DNA of 63,177 nucleotides, counting the filler, from Neolecta irregularis DAH-3 (lineage: Eukaryota): assembly GCA_001929475.1 (NCBI GenBank). It is 15 parts of 15 records of this genome, joined end to end, with 100 filler letters (N's around TTAATTAATTAA, not from the genome) between each part and the next. Parts side by side here need not be neighbours in the genome. Positions count along the whole stretch, not along the records: positions 41,899 to 55,928 come from LXFE01001471.1; positions 56,029 to 57,587 come from LXFE01001473.1; positions 57,688 to 62,011 come from LXFE01001477.1; 12 more parts are not named here. One strand, written 5' to 3'. A program made the translations under genes and the position numbers. Positions 49,901 to 60,160 of this stretch are shown in pieces. Every line of letters starts with the position of its first letter. The first letter of the stretch is position 1. The notes under the pieces were generated by a model that was not told the origin of the DNA, made no database searches, and saw only the letters and a list, made by a program, of their open reading frames with translations.

Positions 49901-50039
49901 AAGTGCCAACGACGATTCCATTTGTCTTGGACTAGTTGAAGAAGAACAAAGACGGCAGTCGAGCAGTATGGAGGCGGATAGGTTTGTAGATGCTGAAGAA
50001 GATTTGTTGCATTGCGGTATAACTGGTACCCAGAAATAG
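46969..50039 (+). CDS. Sec7 plus PH domain Arf-GEF (Syt1/Sec73-like)
   Basis: PIDMALRKLLMELHLPKETQQIDRVL (Glu finger), LHTDAFN, LYDNI. PH domain KVGILLRR..WKEWGAILTGSQLLFFK..WIHKINYAAA. Confidence 0.93.
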
Positions 50040-50432
50040 CAAGTTTTGGCTCTCTCTTTTCTTTTTTTCGGTTCAGGTGGGTGGTATGTTAGAGGATGGT
50101 CCTGCGTATCCGGCGAGATGTGGTAATTTCTCTTGTCATTCATTTTGTAGTTGAACAGTTTGCTGGAGTTTCTTTCTTTTTGAGCTTTTCTTTTGTATAT
50201 AACCATCGTATGCCGTCGGTGCAAGTTGATATAGTTGAATCATAGTTTTATTTGATCATTCAGACGATCCATCAGTCTCGGATGAAAACTTGCTGATGCC
50301 CTCATCCGACATTGGTGGGCCGCGCAGCCAATTCCAGTGGTGGAACCAATTAAGCTCAGCGCCGTACGAACTGACACCCCCCTCATTCCGACACGATATA
50401 AAATATATATTCTCCATCACCATCTCTTTAAA

Positions 50433-50529
50433 ATGGATAACTACGAGAGAATAATAATTCAATCAGCTATTGAAGATCTCAAATCTGGAAAATATACATC
50501 ACAAAAAGCAGTAGCAGCAGCATATGGTC
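50433..50529 (+). mobile_element. Fot1/pogo transposase N-terminal HTH remnant
   Basis: MDNYERIIIQSAIEDLKSGKYTSQKAVAAAYG resembles the psq-type HTH start of fungal pogo transposases, then breaks off. Confidence 0.65.
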
Positions 50530-50699
50530 ACTCCTTCTTTCTTTGGCAATGGGGTATTTCACAGACATCACAAGTCATTATAAACACACTGGCGCCTATT
50601 ACACTGGTCCGCGCAAAAGATTTCCCACAGCCATAATGGACAAAAATGAGGCAATAATTTTCTGTGCACAGAAATGCCTTGAGCCCAAATATTTCTGCA
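50530..50699 (+). pseudogene. Truncated paralogue of the PAN-like header exon (family member B)
   Basis: SLAMGYFTDITSHYKHTGAYYTGPRKRF...FCAQKCLEPKYFC; clearly similar at nucleotide level to 51500-51673. Confidence 0.85.
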
Positions 50700-50830
50700 T
50701 ACCAGATGATCCAGCCATCTATTTCTGCAGAGATTGGGCTATCTCTTTATCCAAATCTAAAATTAATATTTTGATCTGGGTGAGTCGTCACAATTATCCA
50801 TAGAGTAGGCCTGCCCAGCTTACTGAACAG

Positions 50831-51300
50831 TGTGGGGACGTGGAGTGTCCCCGTACTAACGCGAATCGCCGTAGTAACGCGAATCCCCAAGCCGCCACAG
50901 TTACCACCCGAGCTTTGGGGGTAACTGCAGGATCGGTCAGAGGAAGTCGCCAGCGTCATAACCTTGTCCATCCGGGGCAGTCATCGGACTTGCCACCGAG
51001 AATCACAGGGAGGTAACGCAGGCAAATGATGGTTGTATGCAGACGTACTGATTTGTATATAAGTAGCGCCTACCCTGACTGGCGGGGAGGCCTCTCACGA
51101 GAATCTCGTAAGCAACTGCAATAGAGTGCCCGACTTGAGCCTCACACAGCACTAAGTCCAAGTTCGTGTGCTGACAAACAGGCTCTCCCTGGAAACTCAA
51201 TAGTATTAGTCTGTTTCCTTTATAGCGCATGCTATTCAGATTGCAACCAGAGTCTACCGTAAGGACGAACCGTCCGGATTAGCTTGATGGCGTCCTAACA
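50831..51300. mobile_element. Solo LTR-like element (~470 bp)
   Basis: Imperfect terminal inverted repeat TGTGGGGACG...CGTCCTAACA, internal TATATAAG, internal taacgcgaatc doublet. No matching TSD. Confidence 0.55.
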
Positions 51301-51481
51301 CATCCGCCGTGGGACAGATTTGAGACAGAGAACGACAAACAGTTAAGAGTACCTGGCATGTGTATAAAGTGAGTCTGGAATAGTACTTAGAAATAACAAG
51401 TTAACCAAGTCCTATTGGTACAGTGCCTGCTTAGCTTATATCCACACAAATTATACCCAACCCGCAGATACAACCACTGAC

Positions 51482-52884
51482 ATGTTGCCGAAGCTCTTCT
51501 TGCTCTTTGTGTCTTTGGCAACGGGGCATTTCACAGACACCACAGATGATCATCCACACACTGGCGTCACTTACACTGGTCCGCGCCAAAGATTTTTTCT
51601 CGAGGACATAACGGACGACCAGGATGTAATAGATTTCTGTGAAAGGAAATGCCTTAAGGCCAAATATTTCTGCAAAGCGTTCATCGTTTTTAACATATAC
51701 GACTCGACATTTCACTGCGAACTGTTTGGGAAGCCGATATCACAATTACACGTTAAAGATGCACCTTACAACCTAAAGATATTCGAGTACGTGCTTGTGG
51801 CTGAAGGTGATTTTGATTATCTAGGCTTTTTGAATCAGAACAAGTCGAACCTGTTGTGGAGAGATTTTCTCTTGATCATCATCCAGAATCCCAGTGGATC
51901 AGCCGTCTTGAAAAGGGGTATGGTCTCAACCTTAATGAGTATGGAATATATTCAAAGGGCTTCTTCGAGAATGTCATAAAGGTTTGCAAACCTGCCATGA
52001 ATAGCAAACCATCAACAGCACTCGCTAGAAATATCAATCAAAAAGCATTTTCTGACCTTGTGGCATTTTCTGGCCACAAGATCTTGGAGGGAGTCAAATC
52101 ACATTCAGAATCCTTTGCAAAGGTTGTGTTTACTTTTCTGGATATATTCTGCCCGCATATTCGCACAGACATAAAGATTAGTTACGATCCAAGCGAAACC
52201 CAGCTTTCCATCCGTGGACCGGATATCGACATACTTGTCGTTTATTTCGGGATTCGGGATTATGCGATAATACGAGACGCGCCTAACAAACCAGCAGAGC
52301 CTTTGATGGTTTATGTATCAAATAGCCGGCGAAAAGTATGGGATCGCTACTACGTTGACGGTAACTAGGACGACGAAGACGACGACGTTGAGGACGATGT
52401 TGACAGCGACGACGAAGAGGACGACGTTGACAGCGACGACGTTTCCTCTGACGATGTAGACGGTGACGATGACGATGACAGCGTTGACTCTGAAAGCATT
52501 TCTGACCGTGTTGACTCTGATGAAGAATACGACGGCTACGAAGACCACGACATCGTGGCACTGTTTCAAGAAGCAATGAAGACAAACTCCCAGTCTGACA
52601 ATGTTAAATATGAACTCTTCGATTACGATCCCTCCCGGGACATTGATGGACAAGATCGAGCTATAATGATATTGAACTACGTTCTACACTCACTTCTTGA
52701 ACCTGAAAAGTATTTACATATCAATCATCCAAATGGAGGTGAGCTTATATTCTATCGAGACCTGGTAACTGCTGTGCTCTCCAAGGTTTATGACAAGGCT
52801 GATATAACTACGTCTAAATCCAGGCTGTACTCAAAAACCAAGGCGAAGCAGTATGATGACCTCTCAATCATTGCACACCATTAA
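51482..52884 (+). CDS. Secreted protein: signal peptide, PAN/Apple-like domain, unknown domain, acidic tract, C-terminal domain (family member C)
   Basis: Signal MLPKLFLLFVSLATG; CERKCLKAKYFCKAF..FHCELF. Phase-2 intron 51787-51824 joins the frame of ORF 51856. That frame continues past a single TAG (52366-52368) into the D/E tract and ORF 52555..52884. Confidence 0.7.
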
Positions 52885-53586
52885 TAATACTCAAATGTAT
52901 GTTATCAAAGGTGGGAGGTTTCTTGTCTTGGTTTTAATGTTTATGTACGCTCCGAGGTAGCTTTTGTAAGTGGACGATTTTTCAATAAAACAATTCTACG
53001 ACCCGTTTCTCCCGCCCTGAGCATAGCTTGTGGAGCAGCGCGTTTGTGAGAAAAGCATTGGCTGTGAGGTGGCGTCAAACCTTCATGAATCTTTCTTCAT
53101 CCTGTAATGCGTCTATTAGTCTGAAGCAGGGAGGAATTTGGTGTATCAAGAGAGGGCCAAGTTTGAGAGTGTGTATCGCAATCTACACTCAAAGATTTTG
53201 TCCCTTGTGATGTCACGAGCCCCGTAAGAGCTGTGATGTGGAGAGGCTGGTTGTGAGTCCATATTATGCGTCAATTGAGAAAATAAATGTTCATCGTCAT
53301 GTTGCGCACCTCCCATAGAGGGTAGCGTCGGGTCACCCAGTGGCGAGGCCGCGAGACCAAGGTAATATTGAGGTCGTTTATTGCCAACCATTTCAGGGAC
53401 TGGAATTGCACCTTTTTGCATAATAAACGGACTTTTACATATTCATCAGTCAAATATGCTACATCAGCCAATACACCCATATTACTTGGAAACACTAGAA
53501 GAAACTGGAAACAAAGAGTACCTTGAACCGAACGAGTCTAACAGGAGCAATGTATTCCACCGGCGATTGATAATAAACTCCTGATA

Positions 53587-54023
53587 TCACCGATAACTAG
53601 TGGACCCACCCATTGAAAACTTAAGTCGTTTCTTTTCATAAAACAAGTCTGTGCGCGAGGAGCCCAAATTAATAATCTAGGGGAGCAATAAGCAGGGGAA
53701 ATTATTATGGGAAGAACATACTTTGACACAGCCGTCTCTGTCTTTCTCGAGCCTTGTGCATTCTGCGCAGTAGTAGGCATCAGAAATTCCTTGGCCGCCG
53801 CAGATTATGCATTTTCCGGCGTACTGGCCGAAAGAGCATTCGTCGCAGATTTTCACGAGGGTGGTGGGACGAACGTATGAATCACACACGGGGCATTTTC
53901 CATCGCATTTATCGCAGAGTCTGCCGATGGCTGTGAAGAGTCAGCTTGAGCCAATCCTGGTATTCACTTACAGATGCCGGGCTGTTTCCTGCACATGATG
54001 AGATCTGGGTGATGGCGGGACAT
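53587..54023 (-). CDS. RDS3: SF3b subunit Rds3/PHF5A/Ini1
   Basis: [37 protein letters not shown]...[31 protein letters not shown]. Confidence 0.97.
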
Positions 54024-54105
54024 GGTGGAGTTTGTAGGTTGAAATCACGGGGGTGGCAAGGACCAGGGTTTAATACTACGTTACATACAGCGGCCGTGGA
54101 CTCGT

Positions 54106-54521
54106 ATGATTTGCCGACTTGTAGTGCCGCGGAGAACTGGATGTATTGCGATCACAAGTCGTATTCCTACGAGATGCAATGCGACCGCCTCGCCGGGGTA
54201 CAAGAGACAGCCGAAGGGCCCTCGATCCACGGAAAATCAGTGGAAGTACCCGATGAGCTCGCTGATTGCCGACTATGCGCATGCGGCTGTTGTATATGGG
54301 ATCATTGGCGTTTCAAGTATGGCTGTCTGGATGGGCGGGGTGTTGATGGGGCAGTCTACTATGCCGTAGTGCTTGTCGATCTGGCGATGGACTTTGCGCG
54401 GAAAACCAGGGCCAAGAAGGCTGCCTATGAGGCGGTAAGTGGGAGTTCCGGGCGTGCTGAGATGCAGAAACAGGCGGGCAGCGAGCGCGAGGCTGGCGGT
54501 GCTGTGGATAGCGTTCTATAG
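54106..54521 (+). CDS. Small single-TM protein, possibly Cox14-like
   Basis: Spliced model (gtatgg..cag and gtaagt..cag introns) gives ...LIADYAHAAVVYGIIGVSIYYAVVLVDL...KKAAYEAKQ. Arg-rich N-terminus; divergent from RDS3. Confidence 0.4.
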
Positions 54522-54769
54522 CTGTGTCTACTGCTACATATAGTCGCGCGTACTATCAAGCCCAGCTCTACAGGAAGAAGCGGTGCTAGCGAACACGGAC
54601 GTTGCTCTGCGCTTTTCTAATGGCAACCAGTGCAAATGCGCTGCTTGCAATAAGGTGAAAGCACCGTCGCGCACTCTGCGAGTTTTTCTCTTTATGCACG
54701 CCGTCACGTGACTGGGAAAAACCGCCAGCCTGGTGCCCCACATCGCCCTTTGCGCCCATGAAACAGACG

Positions 54770-55121
54770 ATCCTGCTGCAGGCCCCGTGGAGTTGCGCCC
54801 CAGTCTCGCTAGCCTCTCCCATCGCTCCCACCTCTCATTGGTCCCTCCCTTCCTGCCCGTTCCCCCTGCCTTCCTGCCTATCCCGTGTGTCTTGCCCGTC
54901 CCGCACGTCTCTCCTCTCCCTTCCCTCCCGCCCGTACTGTGCCGTTCCGTCCGTTCAGCCCGACCCGTCCGTCCCGCCAGCCTCTGCCACAGGTAAAGTT
55001 GATTCAAAAAGTAATGCCTGACTACAACGTGTCCATCAATCAATCAATCCCAATCCAGGGCCCTTGAATTGATTGATTGAATAATTTTCAACTTTGGATT
55101 GATTGATTGAAAGTTTCACTG
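54770..55121. mobile_element. hAT-like element end with C-rich internal tract
   Basis: Subterminal atcaatcaatc/gattgattga motifs in both orientations. Terminus reads CAGTGAAACTTTCAATCAATC on the minus strand. Confidence 0.45.
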
Positions 55122-55520
55122 ATTGCCAATCAGATTGATGACTTTAATTCAATTTCTGCATCATCCAGTGCTCCAATCTCACCGATTTTGGTACCGTTGG
55201 AAAGCCCTTGTCAAGGCGCATCTGCTTGTAGAAATTATATTTTCCTACAATGTGTTTTGAATGCCGCGTGTTCATGTGCTGCTTCCCCAAGGGTCCCCCT
55301 TTGACTTTCTTGAATTGCATTTTTCGGTAGACCATTAGTTTCACCTTTAAATTCTGATCCTGATAGTTGCTGTTTCATTTGAATCTGTTGGTTGTATAAC
55401 TGTAGATTAATTTCCATTTGCTAGATGTTCTGCCCGCAAGATTCGGCAATGGTCACATGACACCGTGAACTGATTACCCTAAGCCGGAATGCTTGTCGGG
55501 TAAAGACTGAGTATGCAGGG

Positions 55521-55928
55521 TAGAGATGGGCAGGGCAGGAATATGTTAAAAAGCAAGTATAAATTGCTATATTAGGTATATAATTCCTTATATCTATCTA
55601 AATATTGGCAAGGGAACTGACAGGAGGGTGGGCAAGGTGGGCAAAGATGGGCAGGTCAAACAGGCCAACTGGGTACGCAAGACAGGAGCGTGAGGTGGGC
55701 AAGGTAGGAGGGACAGGAGAGGCGGGCAGGAGGGGAGAGACGGGCGGGAAGGGAGAGGCAGGCGGGACGGGACAGTCGGGCGGGACATGACAGGCGGGCG
55801 GGAGGGCGAGGCGGGCAGGACAGATGGGGCGGGCGGGACGAGCGGGACAGGAGAGGCGGGAGGGACAGGAGAGGTGGGCGGGATGGTAGAGGCGGGAGGG
55901 ACGGGAGAGGCCGGGGGGATGGGCCATG
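55521..55928. mobile_element. hAT-like element left end with G-rich degenerate repeats
   Basis: Begins TAGAGATGGGCAGGGCAGG, a typical hAT-type terminus, followed by gggacaggagaggcggg-like repeats running into the gap. Confidence 0.45.
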
Positions 55929-56043
55929 NNNNNNNNNNNNNNNNNNNNNNNNNNNNNNNNNNNNNNNNNNNNTTAATTAATTAANNNNNNNNNNNNNNNN
56001 NNNNNNNNNNNNNNNNNNNNNNNNNNNNCATAAAGGCCGCAAT

Positions 56044-57547
56044 ATGATTCCACGCCTCTTGCCGTATTGGTAAGATGTACCTGAAGGGTACATTCTTACA
56101 GCAAGCTTTCCCCTGCAGAGCAGAACCTCGATTATTTCACAGAGGTTAAGGATCCTGAGTTCGAATATGATTTTGACAGGATAACTGAGTTTACGACTAC
56201 CCCCAACACGTTGAATTTGAAAACGGAAGCTCCAGAAGAATTTTGTGCTACAGGATGCTTGACCTAACCCTAACCCTAACCCTAAGTATTTCTGTCACTC
56301 TTTCGCTTTGGCACGTGTCGGAACTCAACTCAACTTCGGGTCTTTGTTCAATCAGCATCAGTTATCCAAAACCCAACAGACAACTATGTTCCAAAATGCA
56401 AATTCAATTGCGGTCACTATATGAGTATGATAACGAGATTTGAAAAGCCATCTTATGTTTTAGTCTCACCAATGAATACAATTTTGTGTCCACTGTTTCC
56501 GAATTGTCTAAACGGGTTTCCCGAAGTATCGGCGACAATTGGGTAAATCTGGAAAGTGCTCCTCCATATGGCAGCTTTGGGAGCGAAACAAGGTGGTTCT
56601 TGCCGAAATTTCACCACACCTGCCTTTATGCTGGCAGAGAAGCAGTGATGAAAATCGGACCTATACCTTCGAGTCCTAGGACGGCTTCGCGATCGGATAA
56701 TCTTGCTCGAAAGCCACTCATTTCCGCACTCAAGTCATGGAATGTTGAACATCCTCATTCTTCGACTTCATTTTATCAACTTGTATTGCTTTTTCTCAAG
56801 TTGTATGGATACCAAGAAAATACTCAGGTGTATTATTCCAGCGAGTATTACTTTGCCCTAAGCCATCATCATCACCATCAAGACCATGATGGTTCCTCTC
56901 GAGTGTTGGTCGTCCCATTTGACTCAGGCCACTATGTGACAATAACAGCTGGCTCGTCCCATGGTCAGATCACATACATCACTACTGATGATGATACTTC
57001 CCAAGCAAAGAAGAGGATGGATGAGGCTTGTAAAATATACCTACAGCAGTCAGATGAGCTACTTGGTCGTACACCAGGAACAACGGAGCTTCTGCTGCTA
57101 GATGGCATTTTGGTGAGGAAGATTAGCACGATCATGTCAAAGCAACTATCTCAGCCTGAGCTTCGGCAAAGATTGGCAATAGCAGTGGTCGGGCACTGTA
57201 CGACCGCAATGGTCAGTGCAAAGCATATGCAGTTTAAAAATCCACTTCTACCACAGGCCATAAAGGAGATGATGACATTCTTATTATCATGGGGTTACAA
57301 GGTTCGTCAAGAAGATCTCGAAGATCTTTTTGAGAGTCAAAAGGACTCTCAAAAAATGAAGTGTATTCTGGGGACTGCAGAAACAGGCTCTCAAGAGGGC
57401 GTAACCAGAAATATTACAGATGTCACCGTTACAACATTTTCCAGAGATCTAGAAGCGGGGACTTTAGAAACAGTCTCTCATAAGCGCATAACCGGCGGAA
57501 AGATTTTACCGGAATTTTCAACAGATGTGGAAGAAAATGAAGATTAA
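56044..57547 (+). pseudogene. PAN-like header family member D: disrupted header exon, open ~360-codon C-terminal exon
   Basis: YFTEVKD...EEFCATGCL[16-nt insertion]NPKYFCHSF. Phase-2 intron 56425-56463 leads into the frame of ORF 56486..57547, which contains an HHHHHQDHD tract. Confidence 0.7.
56263..56285 (+). repeat. Interstitial telomeric repeat CCTAA(CCCTAA)3
   Basis: cctaaccctaaccctaaccctaa, the complement of TTAGGG. Confidence 0.9.
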
Positions 57548-57687
57548 ATATGTGTGAATTTGTCGCGAGGGCAGTGAAATATTTTCTNNNNNNNNNNNNN
57601 NNNNNNNNNNNNNNNNNNNNNNNNNNNNNNNTTAATTAATTAANNNNNNNNNNNNNNNNNNNNNNNNNNNNNNNNNNNNNNNNNNNN

Positions 57688-58464
57688 CCTTCCGCCCTTC
57701 ATCAGGACTCCAGCTATCAATCTCATTGGGCCGAAATGCTATCGCACTCTGGTTGAGAATCTCGATCTTTACGATGAATTATGGTATCTTGATGATATTC
57801 CAAACAACAATCTTATACAGGCAGTCTCAAATTCGCAATTTCAAAAGTTCTAGGCGTAGGAATTGTCCTGGGAGGAGCAATCGTAAAGCTTCCTCAACTT
57901 GTCACGCTTCTCTCCTCACAATCGGGACACGGTGTTTCAGTTATCGCTTATATTCTTGAAACAGCAGCAACGATCATCAGTCTCGTATACAGCGCTCGTC
58001 AAGGATTTTCCTTTAGTACCTACGGCGAGGGGCTATTCATCTCGATACAGAATATCCTTATTACATTATTGATCATGTATTTCGCCCGGAGAAGGGCAGC
58101 GTTGGTGGGGTTGATCGGTCTGATTATTGTTGGATGCTACAGTCTCTTCACCACATCTTCCTCCACTCTCGCGATATTGCAAGCGCTGACAATCCCCTTA
58201 AATCTACTCAGCAAAGTCCCTCAGATTGCTTCCAACTTCAAGAAAAAGTCGACCGGACAATTGAGCGCCTTTGCGGTGTTTAATTATCTCTTGGGCAGTC
58301 TTGCCAGAGTGTTTACTACAATTACAGAAGTCAGCGATCCGTTAGTGCTCTGGGGATACGTGCTTGCTGTAGTTTTGAATGCAGTTTTGGTCATACAGAT
58401 GGTTATATATTGGACTGGTGCAAAGAAAGGTCAAGTCAAACCGAGAAAACACAAAAGAAGATAG
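57688..58464 (+). CDS. MPDU1: Mannose-P-dolichol utilization protein (MPDU1/Lec35, PQ-loop), start in gap
   Basis: ISKVLGVGIVLGGAIVKLPQ, FSTYGE, SKVPQI..NFKKKSTGQLSAFAVFNYLLGSLARVFTT. Confidence 0.93.
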
Positions 58465-58490
58465 AAATCACTGAGCGACAGCCTCTACAG

Positions 58491-59037
58491 TCATGAAACC
58501 CCTTTTGTCATAAATGTTAAAACATTATCTACTGCTGTTTGATGTATTTGCTGTTGTTCCAAGGTCTCCGACTTTGCTAGTCCGCCAATCATTTTTCCTT
58601 CTCTCGCTTGCACGGTTACTCCTGCTGCCCATTCTCTGAATTCATCATCGTTTTCCGCAGGATCATTGACAAGCGCTTCTGTTTCCCATTCTTCTACAGA
58701 TGGATCGACTTTCTTCCTTAATAGCGTGGTCAGGAGATTCTCTTCAGCTCTTGCTGGAAAGTTCCCTTCTGGAAATACAACCGTTTCTCGAAATCTACTC
58801 GCGACAAGGGATAGCGATTTCATGATGGAGTCTAGTTGAGCTAGGAGTATTGTGAAAGTAGAGTGAAGAGTTGGCCTATCTTGTAAACCCATAATCTGAG
58901 CCGTTGTTTTACCATGGTGGGAGTGGGTTTGATGCATCGACGATATATCTAAGCTGATGAAGAGATCGAGTCAACTGGACCAGGCGCTGCTGAATGGTTG
59001 ACAATGATTCCTCGTGAATTGCCGTGTTGGAGCTCAT
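58491..59037 (-). CDS. MED8: Mediator subunit Med8
   Basis: SLSTIQQRLVQLTRSL...PLPPW, intron, PTLHSTFTILLAQL...VVFPEGNFPARAEENLLTTLLRKKVDPSVEEW. Confidence 0.9.
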
Positions 59038-59208
59038 TCTAATGATGTTGGGAGATTATAATTCACTTTTCTCCATATATACCAAAAGATAGCCGGCAAA
59101 GCTGTTAAAGCGCACGGTTATCTCATTCTACCAAAACTTTCGAGTCTGGCCGAATTAGTCACACTTCAAGGTATACAAGAGAGTCTAGCGGTCATTATCA
59201 ACGTATTA

Positions 59209-59856
59209 TTAACTATCACTGGAAACAACTGAACCTTGCATACTATCGGAAAGTCTTACTAGGCAAATAGTGTAAAATGTGTCTGGATAACGAACGTTGA
59301 ATGGTTGCAATCGCTTGGTTTCGTCTGCAAATGTGAATGTTGCTTGCGGACCGGTGACTATGTCCCGCTCGACCCGAATAACATTAATCTTGTTTGAATT
59401 TCCCCAATCTCCAGTCGCAACTTGCTCGCCGTAACTGGGCCAGACGAAATGAAATATTTCCCGATCGAGAGGAAATATATCAGGATGTTGTTTGATGAGC
59501 TGTTCTATTTCGGTATACAACATCCCGTCATTATCCAAATATTCTATGGCAAACTCTATTTCAGTCTTCATCTTGCGGTGGATTTCAGTTTCAGCCATCG
59601 ACAAACTTTTCCATGTCTTGTAGAGATGAAAAGAGCATTTTTCAAATTCGGCATGATCGTTAGGTACAGGCTCCCAGGCCGGATCATAACCTTTAGACCA
59701 ACAAATATCGTTGTAGAATCTCGCGGAGAAGTAAAAAGAGTCATCTTGGTTCTGTAAGAGGATCGCGTTCAGCGATTGCTGAACAGGAACAATTGCTATA
59801 GACATAGCGGTCACGAATCGGCAAGCCACGAGTAAAACGATAGCCATAACTAACAT
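59209..59856 (-). CDS. Hypothetical secreted protein
   Basis: ~215-aa ORF with hydrophobic N-terminus MLVMAIVLLVACRFVTA; no recognised domain. Confidence 0.5.
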   Translation of the reverse strand: MLVMAIVLLVACRFVTAMSIAIVPVQQSLNAILLQNQDDSFYFSARFYNDICWSKGYDPAWEPVPNDHAEFEKCSFHLYKTWKSLSMAETEIHRKMKTEIEFAIEYLDNDGMLYTEIEQLIKQHPDIFPLDREIFHFVWPSYGEQVATGDWGNSNKINVIRVERDIVTGPQATFTFADETKRLQPFNVRYPDTFYTICLVRLSDSMQGSVVSSDS

Positions 59857-60160
59857 GGTGTAAATGAAACCCAAAAACTACAGAAAGACTGGGGTTTTCT
59901 CGTTCTGAAAAGTAAACTTTTGGCTTTGGCGATTTACTTAGACCTAAAAGTCAATTTAATCACTAAATATAAACTGACGATTCTATTGTTATCGATCTTG
60001 AGTCGAAGGAAAGTTAGAGAAGGGAATAGCGAAACAAGAATTCGGCAGAATAGCTTATTTAAATTTGCGAGACAGGCATAATAAAGAATCGATCAAGCGA
60101 TCAAACGGTCGATTATGGCCAAAGAAAAACAGTTCAAGAACTCTAAATACAAATAATCAT

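Noticed and set aside
52283..52653. Arg-rich and Val-rich minus-strand ORFs
   Set aside because: Shadow frames of the plus-strand GAC/GAT acidic tract.
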